DNA of 43,318 nucleotides, from NCBI GenBank assembly GCA_043822305.1, contig JBDRBU010000078.1:1-43318 (forward strand). The letters are read 5' to 3'. The stretch's first letter is position 1. Every line of letters starts with the position of its first letter. The translations under genes were made by a program, and so were the position numbers. Of this stretch, positions 28,444-37,748 are shown piece after piece. A model generated the notes under the pieces. The model had not been told where the DNA came from and did no database searches. It saw only the letters and a program-made list of their open reading frames with translations. The stretch is from Candidatus Firestoneibacteriota bacterium. Its GTDB lineage: Bacteria; Oederibacteriota; D2-FULL-39-29; JBDRBU01.

Positions 28444-30027
28444 ATGAAATCAATCGCATTATTTTCAATAAAAGAAGCTGGGGAATGGGCTACTAAATAT
28501 TTAGATAAAACTGTTACAACTTCTAATATTTCTTACCTTATTCAATATGGACGAATTAAAAAAATTGAAAATAATGGAACAACACTGATTTCAAGGCAGG
28601 ATCTTCTTGATTATTACAAATCCTACAACGGTAACCGCGAATTTTCTTGGAAAAATCAACTTGGGGAGGACTTAAACTGGGCATTATCGTTTGACCAATA
28701 TAAAGAAGCTGAAACAACAAAGCATGTTCACCGGCTACATCCATACAAAGGGAAATTTATTCCACAGCTTGTAGAATACTTTTTGGATAGTCATACTGAT
28801 AGTTTCAAGAAACAAGTTTATTTCAAACAAGGCGATATAGTTCTTGACCCATTTTCAGGAAGCGGAACAACAATGGTTCAGGCCAATGAACTTGGTCTGC
28901 ATTCTATTGGTATTGATATCTCTGCTTTTAATTCTTTAATTGGAAACTGTAAGATTATAAAATATGACCTTTCTGATGTTCAAACTGAAATTAATAGAAT
29001 AACAAAGGCATTTAAGGGAATCCTTGTAAACTCTCACATCCTTAAATTTGAAGAAAAACTTTTGCAAGCACTTTACAACTTCAATAACAAATACTTTCCT
29101 GTTCCAGATTATAAATATAAACTTAACCGAGGGGAGATAAACGAAGACAAATACGGAACAGAAAAGGAAAAAGAGTTTTTGCCTATTTTCAACAAACTTA
29201 TTAATGAATACAAAATAAAGATAAAACAAGATAGAGCAGACACTTTCCTTGATAAATGGTATTCGCAACATATCAGAGATGAAATTCAATTTGTATTTGA
29301 GAAAATTAGAAAGGTTAAGAAAATTGACACCAAAAAAATCATCAGTGTTATTTTGAGTAGAACTATTCGTTCTTGTAGAGCAACAACTCACGCTGACCTG
29401 TCAACACTTATTGAACCAATTACAGCAAGTTATTATTGTTCAAAGCATGGGAAAATTTGCAAACCGCTATTTTCAATCCTTAAATGGTGGGAAGCATATA
29501 CAAAAGACACTATTAATAGGCTTTTTCAATTTGACAGATTACGAACCAAAACTTTTCAATATTGTATAACCGGTGACAGTAGAACCATTGATATATTTGG
29601 AGAACTTGAAAAGAGAAATACTTTATTTACAGAGTTAGCCAGGAGACAAAGAATCAAGGGAATATTTTCAAGTCCACCATATGTTGGTTTAATTGATTAT
29701 CACGAACAACATGCATATGCCTATGATCTTTTCGGTTTTAAACGACAGGATGAATTGGAAATCGGTCCGCTTTTCAAAGGACAAGGAAGAGAAGCAAAAC
29801 AAAGTTACATACAAGGAATAGCCGAAGTGCTTAATAACTGTAAAAAATATTTAACTGATGATTACGATATTTTTCTTGTAGCAAATGATAAATACAATAT
29901 GTATCCAATCATTGCCGAAAAAGCAGAAATGCAAATCGTTAATAAATATAATCGCCCAGTGTTGAACCGCACCGAGAAAGATAATGGGGTATATTCAGAA
30001 ACTATTTTTCACTTAAAGGAGAAATAA
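28444..30027 (+). CDS. Amino-methyltransferase (probably N4-cytosine) with N-terminal HTH-like domain
   Basis: HPYKGKF, DPFSGSGTT (motif I), SSPPY (motif IV). Confidence 0.88.
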   Translation: MKSIALFSIKEAGEWATKYLDKTVTTSNISYLIQYGRIKKIENNGTTLISRQDLLDYYKSYNGNREFSWKNQLGEDLNWALSFDQYKEAETTKHVHRLHPYKGKFIPQLVEYFLDSHTDSFKKQVYFKQGDIVLDPFSGSGTTMVQANELGLHSIGIDISAFNSLIGNCKIIKYDLSDVQTEINRITKAFKGILVNSHILKFEEKLLQALYNFNNKYFPVPDYKYKLNRGEINEDKYGTEKEKEFLPIFNKLINEYKIKIKQDRADTFLDKWYSQHIRDEIQFVFEKIRKVKKIDTKKIISVILSRTIRSCRATTHADLSTLIEPITASYYCSKHGKICKPLFSILKWWEAYTKDTINRLFQFDRLRTKTFQYCITGDSRTIDIFGELEKRNTLFTELARRQRIKGIFSSPPYVGLIDYHEQHAYAYDLFGFKRQDELEIGPLFKGQGREAKQSYIQGIAEVLNNCKKYLTDDYDIFLVANDKYNMYPIIAEKAEMQIVNKYNRPVLNRTEKDNGVYSETIFHLKEK

Positions 30028-30028
30028 A

Positions 30029-30205
30029 ATGGACAACGAAAAAGTAATTTATTCATTATGTATTGAGGATATTCTTGCTGTGATAGAAGAAAATGATATA
30101 AAAATTGAATTAACCGAACAGAATATCAATTATATTAAAGATAGAATTGGAGACACGATTGATTGGAGAGGGGCAATTGAATTTGCCTTATCGGATATAA
30201 AATAA
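30029..30205 (+). CDS. 58-aa acidic hypothetical protein within the RM operon (not in the ORF track)
   Basis: AAGGAG SD; MDNEKVIYSLCIEDIL...IDWRGAIEFALSDIK; fills the M-R gap. Confidence 0.7.
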   Translation: MDNEKVIYSLCIEDILAVIEENDIKIELTEQNINYIKDRIGDTIDWRGAIEFALSDIK

Positions 30206-30223
30206 AAAGGAGAAGAGAGTCCA

Positions 30224-31075
30224 ATGCTAAATAATACCCAAAAAGAAGATATAATTGATGTAATCAAAACTTGCCTAAGAAACAAGTTCCGAAATTACAA
30301 ACCAGAATCCAATAATATGCCTTTCCATTTTCGTCTATTGGGAAAAGATAGAATGGCTTTATACTCTTTTATTCAATCACTCAATACCACATTTGGAACA
30401 TCAATCTTTGAGCCGGTTGCAGTAGCATTAGCAAAAAACAGATTCCAGAATGTCCAATCGCAATATGTTTTGGGAACAACCATCAGTCAAGGTTCACAAA
30501 GCACCATTCAACAAATAATGAATAATCTTACAACTGGTACCAGTCCTGATAAAGAAACAGAGATCAAAGCAATTAGAAAGGTTTGCCAGCAAGGGAAAAT
30601 GAATCAGTTAAAAACGGTAAAAGTTGATTTATTCATTGAAAGCAAAGACGGTGAAATATTTCTTTTTGATCTTAAAACAGCAAAACCCAATATCAGTAAT
30701 TTTAAGGATTTCAAAAGAACATTGCTTGAATGGGTAGCCATTGTTCTTTCAACAAATCCAAAAGCTAAAGCAAACACTTTAGTCGCCATTCCCTATAATC
30801 CGTATGAGCCCAAGCCCTACGAACGGTGGACATTAAAAGGAATGCTTGACATAGACAACGAACTCAAAGTAGCAGAAGAATTTTGGGATTTTCTTGGTGG
30901 TAAAGGTGCATATAATGAACTACTGGACTGTTTTGAAAAAGCAGGGATTGAATTGCGACCAGAGATTGACCAATATTTTGTACGTTTTAACCAAAAAACT
31001 GAGATTCTTCGCTACTCAGATGTCTTTAGATGCTGTTTAATATTATTTAAAGATACAGGGTCTAATGACCCTTGA
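30224..31075 (+). CDS. Type II restriction endonuclease, TdeIII/MjaII-like
   Basis: SFIQSLNTTFG.SIFE, VDLF...FDLKTAKPN (PD-(D/E)XK core), AIPYNPY, EFWDFLGG; adjacent to the MTase. Confidence 0.82.
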   Translation: MLNNTQKEDIIDVIKTCLRNKFRNYKPESNNMPFHFRLLGKDRMALYSFIQSLNTTFGTSIFEPVAVALAKNRFQNVQSQYVLGTTISQGSQSTIQQIMNNLTTGTSPDKETEIKAIRKVCQQGKMNQLKTVKVDLFIESKDGEIFLFDLKTAKPNISNFKDFKRTLLEWVAIVLSTNPKAKANTLVAIPYNPYEPKPYERWTLKGMLDIDNELKVAEEFWDFLGGKGAYNELLDCFEKAGIELRPEIDQYFVRFNQKTEILRYSDVFRCCLILFKDTGSNDP

Positions 31076-31079
31076 CTAC
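31056..31079 (-). repeat. GTAG-REP-like palindrome, right of the RM genes
   Basis: Minus strand reads GTAGT-CAAGGGTC-ATTA-GACCCTG; inverted relative to 28411. Confidence 0.7.
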
Positions 31080-31144
31080 ATTACTTCTTGTAATATCCTG
31101 TTTTTTGCGATTTCAAAATGTGGTAATTATTAGAAAGGAAAAAA

Positions 31145-33067
31145 ATGCTGCAGATAACAAACCTTACAAAACATTTTGGCGAGCGTGTAATTCTCGAGGA
31201 TGCTTCCGCATTTTTCAATAAAGGCGAGAGGGTCTCGCTGGTTGGTCCTAACGGTTCCGGTAAAACAACATTTTTCAGGATAATTACCGGCGACGAACAT
31301 TCGGATTCCGGTGACCTGGTCATACAGAACAAAGCAAGTGTAAGTTTTCTTCCTCAGGAAATAGATTCCATAAAAGGCCGAATTGTTATCGAAGAAGTTA
31401 CAAATGCAAGTAAGGACCTAAATATAGTCAGGAATAAAATGAGAGAGATTGAACATAAAATGTCCGGAGGGGAAACTGAAACTATTATGAATGAATACAG
31501 CGGCTTGATGGCACAGTTTGAGACAATGGGAGGCTATAATATAGAACATCAGGCTAAAAGAATCCTGTCCGGGCTTGGCTTTAAGGAAAGGGATTACGGA
31601 AGAAAGACTGATGAGTTTAGCGGGGGATGGCTTATGCGAATCGCGCTCGCCAAACTGCTCGTGCATCCTGCTGATATTATGCTCTTAGACGAGCCGACTA
31701 ATCACCTTGACTTGAGCACTCTGCTTTGGCTTCAGAATTATATTAAATCGTACGAAGGCATAATTATTTTCACATCACATGACAGAGATTTTATAGACAA
31801 TGTATCAACCAGAATTATAGAAATAGACGATGGCAAATTAGTAAGTTACAAAGGAAATTATTTATTCTTTACGGAAGAAAAGCGGAAGAAACGTGAACTT
31901 TTGGAAAAGCAAGCTGCCCAGCAGGAAAAAGAAAGGGAGCATCTGCAGGAATTCATCAATCGATTTCGCGCCAAGGCATCAAAGGCGAGGTCAGTTCAAA
32001 GTAAAATCAAGTATCTGGACAAAATGGAAGAAATTAAGATTCAAAAAGAACGAAAAACCTTAAACTTTAAATTTTCTCAACCGGCCAGAAGCGGCCGGGA
32101 AGTTATAAACCTAACAGGCATACATAAATCTTACGAGGAGAACAAGGTATATGATGGCGTTGATTTAATGATTGAAAGAGGTGACAAATTAGCCTTTGTG
32201 GGTATAAACGGTTCAGGCAAGTCAACGCTCCTAAAAATAATAGCCGGTGTACTGCCTTTTGATAAAGGGGTTAGAAAACTCGGCGTTAATGTTGATGCTG
32301 TTTATTATCCGCAGTACCGTCTTGATGTGCTTAATCCGAAAAATACCTGTTTGCAGGAAGCCGAACAGTCAGGCCCGGAAAAATCGCAGCAGGAGATCCG
32401 CAAACTACTCGGTATTTTTATGTTTAGGGGTGATGATGTGTTCAAGCCTGTATCAGTTTTAAGCGGAGGAGAAAAGAGCCGCCTCGTTCTGGTAAAAATT
32501 TTAGCCAATCCGCCCAATTTTATTCTGATGGATGAACCGACAAACCATCTTGATATTCCTTCAAGAGATATTTTGCTGAAAGCACTCAAAGATTATACAG
32601 GAACAATATGTTTCATTAGCCATGATGTGCATTTCATAAGACATATTGCCACAAAAATATTAGAAGTGAAGAATGGAAAAATTGAAGTTTATCCCGGCGA
32701 TTACGAATATTACATTCACAAGAAAAAGCTAAATGCCGGCCAAGCGGAAGAAAGAATTTCTAGGCCGAAAGCGAAAGAGAAAAAAGAAACAGTTTCAAAC
32801 AAGGAGTCGGAGAAACCAAAAAAGAAAAACCCGATAGTTGTGGAACATAAAAGAAGGCACCTGTCTGCCAAACTTACCGAGGTTGAGAAAGAAACCGCAG
32901 AATTAACCAAAAAGCATGATGAAATGAGTAAAGCCCTGGCCGACCCTGCTACTTACAGGGAGAGAGATTTTGTTGACAAGGTAAAAGAACATAAGAGCAT
33001 AGAAGAACGCATAAAAGAGCTGAATGCTGATTGGTGCAAACTCTCGGAGGAAATAGAAGGGCTTTAA
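31145..33067 (+). CDS. ABC-F family ATP-binding protein
   Basis: Two ABC domains (GPNGSGKT, FSGG, DEPTNHLD; GINGSGKS, LSGGE) and C-terminal coiled coil; no TM segments. Confidence 0.95.
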   Translation: MLQITNLTKHFGERVILEDASAFFNKGERVSLVGPNGSGKTTFFRIITGDEHSDSGDLVIQNKASVSFLPQEIDSIKGRIVIEEVTNASKDLNIVRNKMREIEHKMSGGETETIMNEYSGLMAQFETMGGYNIEHQAKRILSGLGFKERDYGRKTDEFSGGWLMRIALAKLLVHPADIMLLDEPTNHLDLSTLLWLQNYIKSYEGIIIFTSHDRDFIDNVSTRIIEIDDGKLVSYKGNYLFFTEEKRKKRELLEKQAAQQEKEREHLQEFINRFRAKASKARSVQSKIKYLDKMEEIKIQKERKTLNFKFSQPARSGREVINLTGIHKSYEENKVYDGVDLMIERGDKLAFVGINGSGKSTLLKIIAGVLPFDKGVRKLGVNVDAVYYPQYRLDVLNPKNTCLQEAEQSGPEKSQQEIRKLLGIFMFRGDDVFKPVSVLSGGEKSRLVLVKILANPPNFILMDEPTNHLDIPSRDILLKALKDYTGTICFISHDVHFIRHIATKILEVKNGKIEVYPGDYEYYIHKKKLNAGQAEERISRPKAKEKKETVSNKESEKPKKKNPIVVEHKRRHLSAKLTEVEKETAELTKKHDEMSKALADPATYRERDFVDKVKEHKSIEERIKELNADWCKLSEEIEGL

Positions 33068-33259
33068 TCCCATAACGGTTGTTTCAGCCGGTTAGAACAT
33101 CTCCTCGACTTTTCGAAAAAATTAAATTATTGTATTTTTTTTGCTGATTAAATTTTGCTTTTCCCTTTAAAAAGCCAGTTTAATTGTATATAATATAATA
33201 AAATATTTGGGATAGACCCATAATGTTGTTTCAAGTTAACAGGTTTAAGGATAAAATAA

Positions 33260-34579
33260 ATGAGATATGGAATATTTGTAAGTGCAAACCAAAAGGAGTT
33301 AAAAGACGAAAGATTTGCGATTAGTGAACTTATAAATAGCAATACTACCCTGCGTAATGTTTTTAATATATTTCTTTTTGAAAATTTGCCAGCCAAAGGA
33401 AAATCCCCGGTTTCAACTTATTTTAAACAAGTAGATAACAGCGACATTTATATTTGTATTATTGGGAATGAATACGGTATTAAAGGAAAAGATGGATTGT
33501 CTGCAACAGAAAGAGAGTTTAAGAGATTTTTGAAAACGAAGCCAAAAGGTGAAGTGCTATTTTTTGTAAAGGGTGGCAATAAAGAAGACTTAAAAAGAGA
33601 TTCTGATACACAAAAACTGCTTAAAACAGTTAAAGACAATTATATTTATAAAAGGTTCGGAAATATTGATGAACTTAAGACGCAAGTTTTAAGTAGTCTT
33701 GTTTGCTATATTGATGAAACGGGCGCAATTAACAAAAACCCATTTGACCAGATTGCTTGCCGTGAATCAAAATATTCTGATATTGATGAGAATGAAGTTA
33801 GGTCATTTTTGGAAGTTAGGGCTGTGAAACTGAAAGTGAAGATTCCTAAAATAGCTATCAAAGATTTTCTATTTAAGACTCTTAAAGTTTTAAAGAAAGA
33901 CGGTGGCAAGTTTTTTCCCACAAATACTGCTTTGCTTTTCTTTGGAAAGAATCCAGCAGATTTTATTCCTCAAAGTGAAATTAGGATTGCGAGATATGAA
34001 GCGATAAGAGAAGCAGTCATCAATGCAATTGCACATAGAGATTACTATCGCCGTGGTGCACCAGTTATGATTTCAATATTTGACGATAAGATTGAGGTTT
34101 CAAGCCCAGGAGGTTTATTGCCTGGATTAAACATAAAAAAACTGGAAGGACACCACGAATCAAGGAATAAAAATATCTGCGAGATATTTCACGAAACAAA
34201 GGATATGGAAAAATATGGAACAGGTATTAATAAAATGAAAACGCTTATGAAGAATCACGGATTGCGTTCTCCAGAATATAAGGAAGAAGGAGACTTCTTT
34301 GTTGTAACGTTTTATGGACCTGGAGAAAAAATATTGGATTTAGTTTCAGATATTCCTGAAGAAAGACAAACCGATTTAAAAAAGTTAGGTTTAAATGATA
34401 GACAGATTGAAGTATTACGATTAATGGTAAATGAAACTAAAAATATTACTATTGGAGGGTATGCAGAGAAGTTTGGTGTAAGCGAGAAAACGGCAATACG
34501 GGATATTAAGGGTTTAGTAAAATCAAGGATGGTTGTTAAAGTGGGATATAAAAAAGGTGTTTTTTTTAAGGCAAAATAA
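33260..34579 (+). CDS. DUF4062 + RecG-C/HATPase_c_4-like + HTH protein, probably internally deleted
   Basis: IFVSA.QKEL..ER, SATERE; REAVINAIAHRDY, SPGGL, SRN..I, EKYGTGI; C-terminal HTH. Confidence 0.75.
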   Translation: MRYGIFVSANQKELKDERFAISELINSNTTLRNVFNIFLFENLPAKGKSPVSTYFKQVDNSDIYICIIGNEYGIKGKDGLSATEREFKRFLKTKPKGEVLFFVKGGNKEDLKRDSDTQKLLKTVKDNYIYKRFGNIDELKTQVLSSLVCYIDETGAINKNPFDQIACRESKYSDIDENEVRSFLEVRAVKLKVKIPKIAIKDFLFKTLKVLKKDGGKFFPTNTALLFFGKNPADFIPQSEIRIARYEAIREAVINAIAHRDYYRRGAPVMISIFDDKIEVSSPGGLLPGLNIKKLEGHHESRNKNICEIFHETKDMEKYGTGINKMKTLMKNHGLRSPEYKEEGDFFVVTFYGPGEKILDLVSDIPEERQTDLKKLGLNDRQIEVLRLMVNETKNITIGGYAEKFGVSEKTAIRDIKGLVKSRMVVKVGYKKGVFFKAK

Positions 34580-34826
34580 AATGTCCTTAAAAATGTCCCT
34601 AAAATGTCCCAGAAAAAGGATTACAATCCAATCACTATAAAAGTCTAATTTAAAGTTATACTAATTGCTCATAAATACTATGTTATATCAGGAAAAGATC
34701 TTATTTTTTTGCTGATTGATATTGCATAAATTGTGTAATTTTGTTATTATTAATCTTAAGAGTATAAAAAAATTTAAATGTAAAATCTGTTGCTACAAAA
34801 AAATTAATGTTTGATATTTTAGATTA

Positions 34827-34899
34827 GGGGATGTAGCTCAGTTGGGAGAGCGTTGCCTTCGCAAGGCAGAGGCCGCCGGTTCAATTCCGGCCATCTCCA
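34827..34899 (+). tRNA. tRNA-Ala(CGC), CCA not encoded
   Basis: Acceptor GGGGATG/CATCTCC with G3:U70, anticodon loop TTCGCAA, TTCAATT T-loop. Confidence 0.95.
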
Positions 34900-34923
34900 T
34901 AAAAAGATTATAGAGAAGGAAAA

Positions 34924-35499
34924 ATGCAGAAAAAAATTAAAAAAAAGGTAGCTGTCCCCTTTAATGATCATAGAAGTAAGAAAATAATTGTGTTAACGCA
35001 TTGTATACTTAATCAGAATGCTCGTATTGATGGTGCGGCAAATCTTAAAGGAGTGATTTCACAAGTTCTTAATGTTGTCGTAAAACGAGGCTATGGTGTT
35101 TTACAGATGCCGTGTCCTGAGATTGTGGTTTCTGATTTAAGACGATCAAAACGGACAAAAGAAATGCCATATGTAAGACAGATGCTTGAAACTAAAGAAG
35201 GGCGGAAGCAATGCTACCAGTTAGCCAAAGATATTGTTAAACAAATAAAAGATTATATTAACAATGGGTTTTTTATCCCTGCAATTATCGGGAAAGATGG
35301 TAGCCCTGCATGTGGTGTAGTAACTACGAGTAAACCAGGAAAACCAGATACACCCGGTGATGGTGTTTTTATTGAAGAACTTCATAAAGTGTTAATAAAG
35401 AATGAAATTGATATTCCGATTATTGGAATGAAAGATGATAATAAAAAAGATATTAAAAAAACAGTAAAATGGTTAGAAGATAACCTTAAATTGGAGTGA
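34924..35499 (+). CDS. DUF523/TudS-related putative Fe-S desulfidase
   Basis: HCILNQN, QMPCPE, GSPACGV, GVF motifs. Confidence 0.75.
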   Translation: MQKKIKKKVAVPFNDHRSKKIIVLTHCILNQNARIDGAANLKGVISQVLNVVVKRGYGVLQMPCPEIVVSDLRRSKRTKEMPYVRQMLETKEGRKQCYQLAKDIVKQIKDYINNGFFIPAIIGKDGSPACGVVTTSKPGKPDTPGDGVFIEELHKVLIKNEIDIPIIGMKDDNKKDIKKTVKWLEDNLKLE

Positions 35500-35500
35500 A

Positions 35501-37159
35501 ATGTCGTATCTGGTTTTTGCAAGAAAATATAGACCTCAAACTTTTGATGAAGTAGTTGGACAGGAACATGTAGCGAAAACTTTAAAAAATGCTATTGAGT
35601 CAGGTAGAATTGCTCATGCATATTTATTTTCCGGCCCAAGAGGAGTAGGTAAAACCAGTATGGCGAGGATTTTATCTAAGGCCATAAACTGCGAAAAAGG
35701 ACCAACACCATCTCCATGCAATAAATGTAATTCCTGCATGGAAATAACAGGAGATATATCCCCCGATGTTATGGAAATTGATGCGGCTTCAAATACAGGG
35801 GTTGATGATGTAAGAGATTTAAGAGAAAAACTAAGATTCTTGCCGGTTAAAAATAAATACAAGATTTATATAATAGATGAAGTCCATAGATTAAGCGGGA
35901 ACGCATTTGATGCGCTTCTTAAGGTTTTGGAAGAACCACCAGAACATGTTCATTTTGTGTTTGCGACAACTGAAATATCTAAAGTTCCTCTAACAGTTGC
36001 ATCCCGCTGTCAGAAGTTTAATTTTAGAAAGTTAACAGTATCCGAGATATCCGCGCATTTATCTTTTATTTTAAAGAAAGAAAACATAGAAATAGATGAT
36101 AAAATTTTAAATTTAATAGCAAGAAATTCAGATGGTTCATTAAGAGATGCAGAAAGTATTTTAGATCAGGTTATTTCATATGCAAATGGTGAGATTAAAA
36201 TTGAAGAAGTGGAGAGATTATTAGAATTAGTTGATACTAAATTACTTTCAACATTTGCTAATTGTTTGATTGATAAAAAAACAGAAGAAATTTTAAATTT
36301 AATAAACGAGATATTCAAATCAGGGCATGATATTTTATTGTTTTGTAAGTATCTTGTAGAATTTTTTAGAAATCTTTTAATAATAAAAATAGCCAAAAAA
36401 CCGGAAGAGTTAATAGAAATAGTAGATATTGATGATATAAATAATTTAAAAGAGTTTTCGGACAAATTGTCCGAGAGCTCATTGATTAATATTATAAAGA
36501 TATTAACAACACTAATGGAAGACTTAAAATATAGTTCATATCCAAGAGTCTTGTTGGAAGTTGCTGCGGTAAAAATCACAAGAATGGCTGATATAATCGA
36601 TGTAAATTTAATAATTAGCAAACTTGAAAATCTGGAGAAAGAGTTTAAAAAAGAAGTCACATCTAAAGAGATAGATAGTGTGGAACAAGGAGAAACTTCT
36701 TCTAATGATAATATAAAAATAAATGATATAGAAGAAATTGATTTATTGAACGATGGTGATGAAAACGAGAATCTTGATAAAATTAAAAAAAACTGGGAGA
36801 TTTTTATTGAAAGAGTCAGGGAAAGGAAAAAAACTGCATATGGGTGTTTAGCCTCCGCGGTTCCTTCAGGATTTAAAAATAATAAATTGTATATTGATGT
36901 TAAAGACGATTATTCTAAAAAATCGATAGAGATTGAATTAAATCAAATGGCCATAAAAGAAGCCTTTAAAGAGATGTTTAAAAAATCAATAGATATTATC
37001 ATAAACAAAACTGAAAATAATTCGATAGGCGAGAAGCCACCTCAGACAGCAGTAAAATATGTTGAAACCAAAGAAGTGCATATTGAACCAATAGTTAAAG
37101 TGGCCAACCAGATATTCGAAGGAAGAATCCTTAAAAAGGGTGAATATGGAAAGTTTTAA
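35501..37159 (+). CDS. dnaX: DNA polymerase III subunit gamma/tau
   Basis: ARKYRP, GPRGVGKT, Zn cysteines, DEVH, SRC. Confidence 0.97.
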   Translation: MSYLVFARKYRPQTFDEVVGQEHVAKTLKNAIESGRIAHAYLFSGPRGVGKTSMARILSKAINCEKGPTPSPCNKCNSCMEITGDISPDVMEIDAASNTGVDDVRDLREKLRFLPVKNKYKIYIIDEVHRLSGNAFDALLKVLEEPPEHVHFVFATTEISKVPLTVASRCQKFNFRKLTVSEISAHLSFILKKENIEIDDKILNLIARNSDGSLRDAESILDQVISYANGEIKIEEVERLLELVDTKLLSTFANCLIDKKTEEILNLINEIFKSGHDILLFCKYLVEFFRNLLIIKIAKKPEELIEIVDIDDINNLKEFSDKLSESSLINIIKILTTLMEDLKYSSYPRVLLEVAAVKITRMADIIDVNLIISKLENLEKEFKKEVTSKEIDSVEQGETSSNDNIKINDIEEIDLLNDGDENENLDKIKKNWEIFIERVRERKKTAYGCLASAVPSGFKNNKLYIDVKDDYSKKSIEIELNQMAIKEAFKEMFKKSIDIIINKTENNSIGEKPPQTAVKYVETKEVHIEPIVKVANQIFEGRILKKGEYGKF

Positions 37160-37748
37160 TACAAGTTCTTTAGAAAGATTAATCAATGAACTTGAAAAAA
37201 TGCCGGGAGTTGGACCAAGAACGGCTCAAAGGTTAGCGTTTTATATTTTAAAAACAGAAAAAAATGAAATTTTAAACTTAGCCAGAACAATAGAAGAAGT
37301 TAAAGACAAAATAAAATACTGTTCAATTTGCTTTAATGTTACTGAAGGTGACCCTTGCTTTATATGTAATTCTACAAAAAGAGATAAAAGTTCTATTTGT
37401 ATTGTCGAGGAGCCATTAGATATTATGACTATAGAAAAGACTGGAGTATTTAAAGGAATTTACCATGTTTTACTTGGAAGTTTATCTCCTCTTGATGGAA
37501 TAGGACCAGAAGATTTAAAGATAAGAGAACTTTTATTAAGATTAGAAAAAAATAAAACAAACGAAATAATAATTGCCACAAATCCTGATGTAGAAGGAGA
37601 AGTAACGGCAATATATTTAAGTAATCTTATTAAGCCATTAGGAATAAAAGTTACAAGATTAGCCCAAGGTGTCCCTATGGGTTCAAGTTTAGAATATGCA
37701 GATGAGGTTACTTTAGCCAAAGCAATCGAAGGCAGAAGGGAAATTTAA
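37146..37748 (+). CDS. recR: Recombination mediator RecR
   Basis: PGVGPRTAQR, C4 zinc finger, Toprim EGE.TA; start may be 37140 or 37146. Confidence 0.96.
   Translation: MESFNTSSLERLINELEKMPGVGPRTAQRLAFYILKTEKNEILNLARTIEEVKDKIKYCSICFNVTEGDPCFICNSTKRDKSSICIVEEPLDIMTIEKTGVFKGIYHVLLGSLSPLDGIGPEDLKIRELLLRLEKNKTNEIIIATNPDVEGEVTAIYLSNLIKPLGIKVTRLAQGVPMGSSLEYADEVTLAKAIEGRREI

Noticed and set aside
34827..34899. tRNA-Ala as the integration site of the upstream block
   Set aside because: The block lies 5' of the tRNA; no duplicated tRNA end or integrase was seen
36630..36670. dnaX programmed -1 frameshift (GGAG ... AAAAAAG)
   Set aside because: The heptamer is phased AAA AAA G rather than A AAA AAG, and no downstream stimulatory hairpin is evident; such runs are common in AT-rich DNA
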